Source: Gemmatimonadales bacterium
Lineage (GTDB): Bacteria > Gemmatimonadota > Gemmatimonadetes > Gemmatimonadales > GWC2-71-9
DNA: 64,000 nucleotides
NCBI GenBank assembly: GCA_035604455.1
Contig: DATNIM010000135.1
Coordinates: forward strand, 723 to 64,722
Direction of reading: 5' to 3'
In this document: piece by piece, positions 28,043 through 36,812 of the stretch
Numbering within the stretch: the first letter of the stretch is position 1
Layout: the number at the start of each line of letters is the position of its first letter
Notes under the pieces: generated by a model
Told to the model about the DNA's origin: nothing
What the model saw: only the letters and a program-made list of their open reading frames with translations
Database searches by the model: none
Position numbers and translations under genes: made by a program

Positions 28043-30151
28043 CTAGCGCGACGGTTGCGGCTTGAGGTACTGGTCCAGCCAATCGAGCACCGTACCCCAC
28101 CACACGCGGCGGTTGCGCGGCCGTTGGACGAAGTGGCCTTCGTCGGGAAAATAGAGGAACTTCCCGGCCACGCCGCGCTCGCGTAGCGCCGTGAACGCCT
28201 GCAAGCCTTCCGACAGATCGACCCGGTAATCGAGCTGGGAATGGACGATCAGCATCGGCGTCTTCCAGTTCGACACGAAATTCATGGGCGACCATTCGTC
28301 GTACAGGGCCCGGTCGCCGTACGGCGGGCCGCCGAACTCCCACTGGACGAACCACAGCTCTTCGGTTGAGCCGGACATGCTGGACGGGTTGAAGACGCCA
28401 TCGTGGGCCACGAGCGCCTTGAACCGGTCCGTGTGGCCTTCGAGCCAGTAGATCATGTAGCCGCCGAACGAGGCCCCGGCCGCCCCCATGCGGGTCGAGT
28501 CGACATAGGGGAGTCGAGCGACCACGTCGAGGCCGCGCATGAGGTCCTCGAAGGGGTAGTCGCCCCAATGCCGTGAAACCGCATCGGTGAAGGCCTGCCC
28601 GTAGCCCGTGGACCCGTGGAAGTTGACGGCCGCCACGACGTAGCCCCGTCCGGCGAACATTTGATAGTTCCAGCGCGGATGCCAGTCGTCGTTCCACGCG
28701 CCTTGCGGGCCTCCGTGGAGCACGTAGACGAGCGGGTACTTCTTCGCGGGGTTGAACCCCGGGGGCTTGAGGACCCAGCCGAAGACCGAGTCCCCTCGCG
28801 CACCGACGAACCCGAACGCCTCGAGCGGGTGCAGGTCCAGCGTTGCCGTTGCCGAATCGGTGTGGTGGGTGAGCGGGCGACCCGCGACCCAGACCTCCGA
28901 CGGATGGGTCGCCGACTGGTGCAGGTAGGCGAGCGTACGGCCGTCGGGCGCGACCGTGACACCCGTGTTCACGCCGTCTCCCCCGACCACGAGCGTGCGG
29001 CGGAACGACGGCACGTCGATGCGGTAGACGTTCCCGCGGCCGCGCTCTTCGACGGCGGCGTACAGGCACTTGGCGTCGGGACACCACGCATACGCGCTCA
29101 CCGAGAGGGGCCAGCCCGCGGTGGCTTCGCGCCGCTCGCCGCCCTTGCGGGAAAGCAGCATGAGCCGCCCACGATCCGCCTCGAACCCCGCCCGCTCCAG
29201 GGACAGATACGCGAGCCACTGACCGTCGGGCGAGTAGCGAGGGGTGTTGTTCGCGCCAGGTCCCGCCGTGATGGCGCGCAGGCCGCCGCCGTCCCGCGCC
29301 ATCACGTAGATGTTCACGGTGGTGTTGTCCGCCACCGGATCCTCGTGGATGGCGACGGCGATCTGTTGGCTGTCGGGCGCGACGCTCACGTCGCCCGCGC
29401 CGCTCGTCGCGATCGTCGGCACGTCCCGGTCGATCGGCGTGAGATCGCGCGTGTGCCCATCGAGACCGACGCTGACGAGGTGTTGCCGGCGCCCGACGCG
29501 CCAATCGTTCCAATGCCGGTAGAAGAGATCCGTCCACAGACGGGCGTCGGTCGGGTAATCTCCGGTGCGGCGGTCGATCTCCTGCTCGGGCGGCCACTTC
29601 GTATCGGACGTGACGACGAGACCAGTGCCGTCGGCGAACCACACGGGATCGGACGCCCCGCCCGGAAGGTCTGTGAGTCGCCGCGCCTCACCGCCGGCCA
29701 TAGGCAGGACGTAGAGCTGGGCCGATCCCTGCCGCGTCGAGACGAACCCGAGCGTGCGGCCGTCCGGCGACCAGCAGGGCTGCTGGTCCGACCCGGGTCC
29801 CGCCGTCAGCTCGCGGGTACTGCCATCAACGTCCGCGAGCCAGATCCGACTCGTGCTGTGGTTCTCGGCGAGGGACGCCGTCGTCACGACGTAGGCGACG
29901 CGGCGCCCGTCAGGCGACAACTCGGGATCGCTGACCACTGGGAGGGCGAGGAACGCGTCGACGGTGAGGCCCCGCTCTTGGGCGGCGAGCCGTCCGACCA
30001 CCGCGACGCCGAACAGGACCGCGTGCGCGAGGGCGCGCAGTGAATCGATGGTCGTGCCCCCTTCGGGAAGCGTGCGAGTCGTGGAGGGCCGTGCGCCCGT
30101 AATGGGGCCCGCGCTCTTGCTTTGCCCGGCCCGCGGAGAAATCTTCCCCAT
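28043..30151 (-). CDS. S9-family serine peptidase (prolyl oligopeptidase / acylaminoacyl peptidase type)
   Basis: N-terminal beta-propeller repeats. C-terminal GASFGGYM (GxSxGG nucleophile elbow) and HSQLDYRV ... DEGHF. The start is uncertain (see findings). Confidence 0.9.
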   Translation of the reverse strand: MGKISPRAGQSKSAGPITGARPSTTRTLPEGGTTIDSLRALAHAVLFGVAVVGRLAAQERGLTVDAFLALPVVSDPELSPDGRRVAYVVTTASLAENHSTSRIWLADVDGSTRELTAGPGSDQQPCWSPDGRTLGFVSTRQGSAQLYVLPMAGGEARRLTDLPGGASDPVWFADGTGLVVTSDTKWPPEQEIDRRTGDYPTDARLWTDLFYRHWNDWRVGRRQHLVSVGLDGHTRDLTPIDRDVPTIATSGAGDVSVAPDSQQIAVAIHEDPVADNTTVNIYVMARDGGGLRAITAGPGANNTPRYSPDGQWLAYLSLERAGFEADRGRLMLLSRKGGERREATAGWPLSVSAYAWCPDAKCLYAAVEERGRGNVYRIDVPSFRRTLVVGGDGVNTGVTVAPDGRTLAYLHQSATHPSEVWVAGRPLTHHTDSATATLDLHPLEAFGFVGARGDSVFGWVLKPPGFNPAKKYPLVYVLHGGPQGAWNDDWHPRWNYQMFAGRGYVVAAVNFHGSTGYGQAFTDAVSRHWGDYPFEDLMRGLDVVARLPYVDSTRMGAAGASFGGYMIYWLEGHTDRFKALVAHDGVFNPSSMSGSTEELWFVQWEFGGPPYGDRALYDEWSPMNFVSNWKTPMLIVHSQLDYRVDLSEGLQAFTALRERGVAGKFLYFPDEGHFVQRPRNRRVWWGTVLDWLDQYLKPQPSR

Positions 30152-30186
30152 TCCCTGTCACGCCGCAACCAGCGTCCCGAGGAGCC

Positions 30187-31182
30187 ATGCCCCGCACGGA
30201 AGTGATCGCCACGGGCTTCCACGTCCCGGCCCGGTGCGTCACCAACGACGATCTCGCCCGGCTGATGGATACGTCCGACGAGTGGATCTCGCAGCGCAGC
30301 GGGATCCGGACGCGCTACTGGGTGAGCGAGGGCGACACGGGGGTCGCGCTGGCGCGGGAGGCCGCTAAGCGCGCGCTCGCCAAGGCGAGCCTCAAGGCGC
30401 AGGACTTGGACTGCATCGTGTATTGCACGTGCACGCCGGATCATTTCGAGCCAGGCAACGGCGTTTTCCTGCAGCGCGAGCTTGGACTCACCCGGACGCC
30501 CGCGCTCGACGTGCGCAACCAGTGCAGCGGGTTCCTGTACGGGCTCGCCATCGCCGACGCCTGGATCCGGACGGGGCAGTACCGCCGTATTCTCCTCATC
30601 GGTGCCGAAGTGCATTCCCGCGGTCTCGATAAGACCACGCGCGGGCGAGACACGGCGGTGCTGTTCGGTGACGGCGCCGGGGCCGCGATCCTCGGCCCGA
30701 CCGACGACCCGGGACGCGGCGTCTTGTCGACCCATCTCTTCGCGGACGGTCAACACGCCGAGAAGCTTTGGGTGGACGCCCCCGGCCTTGCCCACGATCC
30801 CTTCATCAGCCACGCGCTCCTCGACGCGGGGAAGCAGCTCCCGGTCATGGACGGCCGCGACGTGTTCCGGTTCGCGTCCACGCTGATGCCTGAAGCCGCC
30901 GAACTCGCGCTGCGCACCAATGGGGCGAGCGCCGCCGACGTGAAGCTCTTGGTCCCGCACCAGGCGAACCTGCGTATCATTGAGCTCGTGCAGCGCACGC
31001 TTGGACTCCGCAACGATCAGGTCTACGTGAACATTCAGAAGTACGGCAACACCACGGCTGCGTCGATTCCGATCGCGCTCGACGAGGCCCTGGGGGAGGG
31101 CCGGCTCTCGCGCGGCGATCTCCTCCTGCTCGCGGCGTTCGGCTCGGGGTTCACCTGGGCGAGCGCCGCGATTCGCTGGTAA
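30187..31182 (+). CDS. fabH: 3-oxoacyl-ACP synthase III
   Basis: Motifs NQCSGFLYGL (active-site Cys), HQANLRI and GNTTAASIP. GAGGAG SD. Confidence 0.93.
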   Translation: MPRTEVIATGFHVPARCVTNDDLARLMDTSDEWISQRSGIRTRYWVSEGDTGVALAREAAKRALAKASLKAQDLDCIVYCTCTPDHFEPGNGVFLQRELGLTRTPALDVRNQCSGFLYGLAIADAWIRTGQYRRILLIGAEVHSRGLDKTTRGRDTAVLFGDGAGAAILGPTDDPGRGVLSTHLFADGQHAEKLWVDAPGLAHDPFISHALLDAGKQLPVMDGRDVFRFASTLMPEAAELALRTNGASAADVKLLVPHQANLRIIELVQRTLGLRNDQVYVNIQKYGNTTAASIPIALDEALGEGRLSRGDLLLLAAFGSGFTWASAAIRW

Positions 31183-31187
31183 CCGGG

Positions 31188-32096
31188 ATGTTGACCATCG
31201 ATCTGCGGGGCAAACGCGCGTTCATCGCCGGCGTGGCGGACGACGGCGGCTTCGGATTCGCCATTGCACGCGCTCTGGCGAGCGCCGGGGCAACGATTTG
31301 CCTCGGCACGTGGCCGCCCGCGCTCGGCATTTTCACGAAGCTGCTCGAGCGCGGGAAGATCGCCGACTCCCTCCAGCTGCCGGGGGGCGAGACACTCTCG
31401 TTCGAGCGGATCTATCCCCTCGACGCCGCCTACGATGCGCTGGCCGATGCGCCCGCCGAGGTGCGGGAGAACAAGCGGTACCGGGACGTGGGCGATTTCA
31501 GTGTGGCCGGCGTGACGGAGCGCCTGCGCGCAGACTTCGGGCCCGAGGGGCTCGACATCGTCGTGCACAGTCTGGCGAACGCGCCCGAGGTGAAGCGACC
31601 GCTGCTCGACACGACCCGGCGGGGCTACCTCGACGCAGTGAGCGTGAGCGCGTACAGCAACGTCTCGTTCGTGCACCACCTCGGTCCTCTGATGCGACCC
31701 GAAGGCGCGTTTCTGTCGCTGACGTACATGGCGGGGGAGCGGGTGATTCCGGGCTACGGTGGGGGCATGTCGTCGGCGAAAGCCGCCCTCGAAGCCGACA
31801 CGCGCACCCTGGCCTACGAGGCTGGCCGGCGGTTCGGCGTCCGCGTCAACACGATCTCGGCCGGCCCGTGGGCCTCGCGCGCCGCGAACGCGATCGGCTT
31901 CATTGAGCAGATGATCGCCTACACGACCGCCAACGCCCCGCTCGCTCGGCCGATTCACGCGGACGACGTCGCTCAGGCAGCGGCGTTCCTCGTCAGTCCG
32001 CTGGCCCGGGCGATCACGGGCTCCATTGTGTATGTGGACAGCGGGTACCACGTGATGGGGATGGCCGTAACGACAACCCCGCCGCCAGCTCCCTAG
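31188..32096 (+). CDS. fabI: Enoyl-ACP reductase (NADH), long plant/chlamydia-like FabI form
   Basis: [24 protein letters not shown]...[10 protein letters not shown]..., [13 protein letters not shown] and RVNTISAGP. It is colinear with my recollection of plastid ENR, including the ~40-aa insertion that E. coli FabI lacks. Confidence 0.9.
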   Translation: [302 protein letters not shown]

Positions 32097-32109
32097 CGAC
32101 GCTCCCGGC

Positions 32110-33033
32110 TCACCCGCGCACCACCGCGAGTGAGAGCGCCACTTCCGGTTGGCCCGCGACCGTGCGGAGCGCGCGCACCACGCTCGCGGCGAAGGTCTTG
32201 CCCGCCCCCTGTTCGATTTCCTCCAGCGCGCGCCACTTGGGGAACGCGGGCCGAACGGGGGTCGCCATCTGCAGGGTCTCGAACGAATCGGCGACGGCCA
32301 GAATCTTCACGGTCGTACGCAAGGGCAGCGTTTCGATGTCCCAGTCCTCGCCCACGATCTCATAGTAGTGATCGTACTCGGCAATGATTTCCGCCGCGCC
32401 GCGCATGGCGCGCGCCACGGGCACGCTCGCGTCACCTTCCGAGCGGGTCAGAAGGCGGAGCAGCCGCTGATCCTGAGCTCCCACTTCATGCAGCAGGGCC
32501 GCCACTCGAAGGTTTTCGCACTCTTCATCAGACAGCTTGAGCTCGCGCGCGATGGCGTCCGACAGCTGGGCGACCCGGGTGCTGTGTCCCTGCTGGTGAC
32601 GCTCTGCCGACTCGATGTGGAACGCCAGGAGCTCGAGCGTCGCGAGGTAGGCATTCTTCACGTCGGCGAGGCGTGCGTTCAGCTGCTCGGACAACGTCCC
32701 CACGACGTAGCCCGTGAGCACGAGAAACCCGGCCCACGGGATGAGACCGAGCAACACCGGTTCGGTGAAACCGGGCTGCCCTTCGAGCCCCTGGACCGCC
32801 TGATAGAAGAAGATCAGCGCCACCACGAAGCCGCCCGAGGCCACCGCGAACCGCCGGCCCCCATAGAAGCCCGCGAGGATCATGGGCAGGTAGTAGAAGC
32901 TCAGGAACGCCGTCTTCTGGTCGACTACCCCGTGGATGACGAGCATCGCGCCAACGAGCAGCAGCACGAACAGCCGCTCGAAGTGGCGGAAGAAGAACAG
33001 TTTGGCCCGCTCCACCAACGTCCGATGGACCAC
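32110..33033 (-). CDS. Membrane-anchored degenerate HD-GYP-like domain protein
   Basis: GTG start with GAGG SD. Four or five N-terminal TM helices. GHSTRVAQL, AALLHEVG (HD replaced by HE) and VADSFETL. The HHExxDGxGYP motif is absent. Confidence 0.75.
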   Translation of the reverse strand: MVHRTLVERAKLFFFRHFERLFVLLLVGAMLVIHGVVDQKTAFLSFYYLPMILAGFYGGRRFAVASGGFVVALIFFYQAVQGLEGQPGFTEPVLLGLIPWAGFLVLTGYVVGTLSEQLNARLADVKNAYLATLELLAFHIESAERHQQGHSTRVAQLSDAIARELKLSDEECENLRVAALLHEVGAQDQRLLRLLTRSEGDASVPVARAMRGAAEIIAEYDHYYEIVGEDWDIETLPLRTTVKILAVADSFETLQMATPVRPAFPKWRALEEIEQGAGKTFAASVVRALRTVAGQPEVALSLAVVRG

Positions 33034-33166
33034 CAGAACCTCGATCGGCGCTTAAGAGGGAGGACGTCGAACCCCAAGGTGGGAACGGCGGCCTTCCCAC
33101 GCAATGGGTCGAGAGCGTCGGGCCGCCGGCGGCGCCGGCTCCCGGCGGGCTAGCTGTGCGCGACTG

Positions 33167-33195
33167 TTGAAGTTAGACGCAAGCGCCCTTAGAAT
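33167..33195 (+). promoter_or_regulatory. Sigma-70-like promoter TTGAAG-17-TAGAAT
   Basis: Seen directly. About 60 nt upstream of the SD-led small membrane gene. Confidence 0.55.
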
Positions 33196-33255
33196 CGGGG
33201 CGACAACCCTGGCCGTCCTTGCCGATCCACGCCCACGCCCTTGCGGAGGCGCCCG

Positions 33256-33534
33256 ATGCCTTTCGGTGGCTTCATCGACACGCTGCCCCAGACTTGGTTC
33301 TTGGTCATCCATGCGTCGCTCGGGTTGATCGGCGTGATGCTGTGGCGGCGGGCTCGAGCGGCGGGACAGCATTCCGCGGCGCGTGGGTTCGTGCTCTACA
33401 TCGTGGGCGAGCTCTGCTACATCGTGTATCACCTCGACCTCATCACCTTTCTCTTCGCCCACGCGCTGGCGGAGGTGTGCGACGGCCTCGCCCTGCTCGC
33501 GATCGGGCTCGGCATACGACGCAAAACGGCCTGA
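33256..33534 (+). CDS. Small membrane protein (92 aa)
   Basis: The ATG at 33256 has a GGAGG SD 6 nt upstream. The listed TTG at 33241 would include the SD. It has three hydrophobic helices, and a good promoter lies at 33167-33195. Confidence 0.55.
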   Translation: MPFGGFIDTLPQTWFLVIHASLGLIGVMLWRRARAAGQHSAARGFVLYIVGELCYIVYHLDLITFLFAHALAEVCDGLALLAIGLGIRRKTA

Positions 33535-33990
33535 TCAGGCGCCTAGGGTCAGGCGGACGTTCGCCGGATTGAACTCGACGATTTCCGCGCGCGCCACACC
33601 GGCTTGCAGGTAGGGATCGGCCGCGACGATCGCGTCCAGCGTGACCCGATCCGTCGCGGCGACCAGGACGCCCCCAACGGGCAGTGAGCGGCGCGCCCAG
33701 GCCACGAAGACCCCTTGGGCCGCGTACCGCTCGACGTGCGCCAAGTGCGCCGCGCGGACCTCGTCCACCGCCGCGAGCGGTGCCGTGTAGTGAAGGAGCA
33801 CGACGTACAGCATGAGCGCCTCGTAGCCGTCGCAGCTGCGGACGGGGAGCTGCGGGTAGCGCGGGAACCGCTCGTCCGCTTCGGCGCGGGCGCACCGGTA
33901 GAATGTTGATCCGCGTCGGGTGACGACCGTGCGCCGCCACCGGCAGGTCCAGCAGAGCCCGATGCGAGCCTTCTCGCGCGTGTCAGTCAC
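33535..33990 (-). CDS. YciI-like protein, possibly with an N-terminal CxxC...C...C zinc-ribbon-like extension
   Basis: The YciI-like body runs from the ATG at 33813 (MLYVVLLHYTAPLAAVDEVRAAHLAHV...AEIVEFNP). An in-frame upstream GTG at 33990 adds VTDTREKARIGLCWTCRWRRTVVTRRGSTFYRCARAEADERFPRYPQLPVRSCDGYE with no intervening stop. The YciI part alone is about 0.85 confidence. Confidence 0.6.
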   Translation of the reverse strand: MTDTREKARIGLCWTCRWRRTVVTRRGSTFYRCARAEADERFPRYPQLPVRSCDGYEALMLYVVLLHYTAPLAAVDEVRAAHLAHVERYAAQGVFVAWARRSLPVGGVLVAATDRVTLDAIVAADPYLQAGVARAEIVEFNPANVRLTLGA

Positions 33991-34010
33991 GTCAGGCCCG
34001 ACGGACAGGC

Positions 34011-34559
34011 TCAGGCGCCCGGGTGCATCCCCTCGAGTTCTTCGGCGGCCCGCGTCAGCACGTCCGCCACCCGTCGCCGGCCGGCGTCGTCGGGCACTTT
34101 CCACCCAGTCCGGTACGCCGCCTTGACCACCCGACCCACGGCGCGGTTCACGTCGGCCATCGCACCACCGGAGACGCGCTCCACAAGGTCGCGAATGCGG
34201 TCGAAGATGTCGTCGACGACGTCGCGGTGCGTCTCGAGAAACTGCAGGCCAGCTGGCGTAATCTCGTAGACTTTCTTCCCTTCGAAATCCCGCACCGTCA
34301 CGAGCCCTTCGTCCTCGAGCCACTGAAGCGTCGGGTACACAGTGCCGGGCGAGGGCGTATAGTAGCCCCGCATCCGCTCTTCCAGCTCCTTCATGACCTC
34401 ATAGCCGTGCCGAGGCTTCTCCTGCAACAGCTTGAGGATCACGTATTTCATGTCGCCCGATTCGAACCACTGGCGACGCCGCCGCCCGCCCCAAGGCCCC
34501 CATCCCCACGGCCTCGCAAAGCCAAATCCCCACGCCTCGCCTTCGAATCCGCGTCGCAT
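34011..34559 (-). CDS. PadR-family transcriptional regulator with Trp/Gly/Arg-rich N-terminal tail
   Basis: GDMKYVILKLLQEKPRHGYEVMKELEERMRGYYTPSPGTVYPTLQWLEDEGLV. GAAGGGGG SD 5 nt upstream of the ATG. Confidence 0.9.
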   Translation of the reverse strand: MRRGFEGEAWGFGFARPWGWGPWGGRRRRQWFESGDMKYVILKLLQEKPRHGYEVMKELEERMRGYYTPSPGTVYPTLQWLEDEGLVTVRDFEGKKVYEITPAGLQFLETHRDVVDDIFDRIRDLVERVSGGAMADVNRAVGRVVKAAYRTGWKVPDDAGRRRVADVLTRAAEELEGMHPGA

Positions 34560-34834
34560 AAGAACCCCCTTCTACGATGTTACGACAAGCTACTACGTGT
34601 CGATATATCGCGTCAAGCTGGACGGCGGGACGGCGGAGTATCCCACAAGTCGCTATCAAACCTAGAGTTGCACCGAGACGAGCGACCCCTACATTGGGGG
34701 GAAACAACCCGCCGTGCATCAACGATGTACTCGTCGCTCGAAACGAGGCGGCGTCGGTCGAGCCGTGCAGCCGCTGTCCGATCTCGCCCGCATCCTGCGG
34801 AGGGAGCGTCGGGCCCCGTCGTTCCGAGACTCAC

Positions 34835-36733
34835 GTGACAAAGCGATCCCTCGGTCCCGATGCACGACTGGGCGCTGACGTCCCGCGCGCCTTCGATCTC
34901 CTGGCCGTGGCGCGCGAGATCGTCGCTGCCCTGCCCGACGCCGTCGTGGTCACCGGCGTCGAACGGCAGTTGCTGACGGGAAACCGCGCCGCCGCCGAGC
35001 TGTTCGGCCGGCCCCTCGAAGATCTCCCTGGGACGGCAGTCGATGACCTGGTGCCGGCGACCGAGCGCGCCCGCGTGGCGGAGAAGGAGCGCCGCGCGTT
35101 CGCCGGCGAGGAGCAGCGCTACGAGACGCACATTGTCCGGGCCGACGGGGCCGAGCGCGACGTGGCCGTGTCCACGACCCCTCTGCTCCTCGATGGCCAT
35201 CTTGTCGGTACGGTAGCGACCCTACGCGACATCACCGAGGAGCGGCGCGCCCAGGATGCGCTGGCGCGCTCGGAAACCCGATACCACACGCTCTTCGAGT
35301 CCGCTTCCGACGCGATCATCACCCTCGACGCGAAAGGCCGCTTCACCACGGTGAACCACGCCGCGGAGCAGATCTCGGGGTACCGGCGCGCGGAGCTCGT
35401 CGGACAAGGATTGGCACCGATGCTCCCCGACGACGCGCTGCCTGTGGCGCGCACCCACTTTCACAAAGCCCTGACCGGCGCCACCGGGCTCTTCGAGACC
35501 CGGTTCATCCGCAAGGACGGCGAGGTCCGGACGATTCAGGTCACCTATTCGGCGCCGCAGAAAAACGACGAAGTGTTGTGCCTCATTCGGGACGTCACCG
35601 ATCAGAAACTGCTGCAGGAGCAGCTCATTCAGTCGGCGAAGATGTCGGCGATCGGGCAGCTCGTGTCGGGGGTCGCGCACGAGCTGAACAACCCGCTCGC
35701 CGGGATCGCGGCGTTTGCGCAGCTCCTGCTGCGTGAGCCGCGCGTCGCCCCCGACGACCGCACGGCGGCCGAAATGATCTACGCCGAATCCCGCCGGGCG
35801 GCCCGCATCGTCCAGAGCCTGCTCATCTTCGCGCGCCAACACAAGCCGGAGCGCGTGCCGACCGCCGTCAGCCAGGTGCTGAACGACACGCTCGAGCTCC
35901 GGGCCTACGATCTGCGGGTGCGTGGCATCGCGGTGGTCCGGGACTACGACGGAGGGTTGCCGGAGATCGTGGCCGACGCGCACCAGCTCCAACAGGTGTT
36001 CCTGAACCTCGTCACCAACGCCGAGCAGGCGATGGAGGAGCACCACGCGGCCGACCCGCGGCTCACCGTCCGGACGCGCCGGGCCGGCGATGCGATCCGC
36101 ATCGAGATCGAGGACCGCGGCCCTGGGATCGCCCAGAGTCTCGTCGACCGCATCTTCACGCCGTTCTTCACCACGAAACCTACCGGTTCCGGCACGGGCC
36201 TCGGGCTCTCGATTTCCCTTGGCATCGTCCGCGAGCACGGCGGTCGCATCTGGGCCGAGAACGCGGCCACGGGCGGCGCCCGCTTCACCGTGGAGTTGCC
36301 GATCGTGGTCGCGACCCCGAGCGCCCCGCCGTCGGCCGCTCCCAGCGCGCCCGCGCCGGCGGACCGGCTACGGATTCTCGTGGTGGACGACGAATCGTCG
36401 GTGCGGATGGCCCTGGAGCGGTACTTCACGGGCCGAGGACACCACGCGGAAATGACGGCCAGCGGGCGCGAGGCGCTGACGCGCCTCCAGGAAACGACGT
36501 TCGACGCGGTGATCGTCGATTTGCGGATGCCCGATCTCTCGGGCGAGGACCTCTACGCGGCGCTCCGCGCGCAGGATGCGATCCACGCGGCGCGGGTCAT
36601 CTTCACCACGGGCCAGCTGATCGACGAAAAGGTGCGTGCGTTCCTCGCGGCGACTGCTCGGCCGCTGGTCCCGAAGCCATTCGAGTTCAGCACACTCGAC
36701 CACATCCTCGCCAGCGTCCTCCAGGGCCGCTGA
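34835..36733 (+). CDS. Hybrid sensor histidine kinase (PAS-PAS-HisKA-HATPase-REC)
   Basis: H-box SGVAHELNNPL, N-box LNLVTNAEQAM, G-boxes DRGPGI and GSGTGLGLSI, and a C-terminal receiver (ILVVDDE...VIVDLRMPD). I propose the GTG at 34835 as the start because codons 1-86 of the listed ORF are not protein-like. Confidence 0.88.
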   Translation: MTKRSLGPDARLGADVPRAFDLLAVAREIVAALPDAVVVTGVERQLLTGNRAAAELFGRPLEDLPGTAVDDLVPATERARVAEKERRAFAGEEQRYETHIVRADGAERDVAVSTTPLLLDGHLVGTVATLRDITEERRAQDALARSETRYHTLFESASDAIITLDAKGRFTTVNHAAEQISGYRRAELVGQGLAPMLPDDALPVARTHFHKALTGATGLFETRFIRKDGEVRTIQVTYSAPQKNDEVLCLIRDVTDQKLLQEQLIQSAKMSAIGQLVSGVAHELNNPLAGIAAFAQLLLREPRVAPDDRTAAEMIYAESRRAARIVQSLLIFARQHKPERVPTAVSQVLNDTLELRAYDLRVRGIAVVRDYDGGLPEIVADAHQLQQVFLNLVTNAEQAMEEHHAADPRLTVRTRRAGDAIRIEIEDRGPGIAQSLVDRIFTPFFTTKPTGSGTGLGLSISLGIVREHGGRIWAENAATGGARFTVELPIVVATPSAPPSAAPSAPAPADRLRILVVDDESSVRMALERYFTGRGHHAEMTASGREALTRLQETTFDAVIVDLRMPDLSGEDLYAALRAQDAIHAARVIFTTGQLIDEKVRAFLAATARPLVPKPFEFSTLDHILASVLQGR

Positions 36734-36744
36734 CGTCCATTCCC

Positions 36745-36785
36745 GAAAAGAACACGACCGGGCTGTGCGGTGGTGCAGCCCGGTC
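36745..36785 (-). terminator. Intrinsic terminator for the sigma/anti-sigma/PDZ operon; may also stop the convergent histidine kinase transcript
   Basis: A 10-bp perfect stem, GACCGGGCTG (36756-36765) with CAGCCCGGTC (36776-36785), and a 10-nt loop. On the minus strand it is followed by GTGTTCTTTTCGG. Confidence 0.6.
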
Positions 36786-36812
36786 GGTTCAGCGCACTCG
36801 GATCCGAAGAGG

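Noticed and set aside
28014-29642. A 542-aa minus-strand ORF and a 475-aa plus-strand ORF (28616-30043) overlapping the S9 peptidase gene.
   Set aside because: They are alternate-frame or antisense Arg-rich translations. The 702-aa frame carries the propeller and GxSxGG catalytic motifs.
34455-34475. A GGTTCGAATC string (minus strand) resembling a tRNA T-loop.
   Set aside because: The flanking bases cannot form a 5-bp T-stem or an acceptor stem. The string lies inside the PadR coding frame, where it encodes ...QWFESGD...
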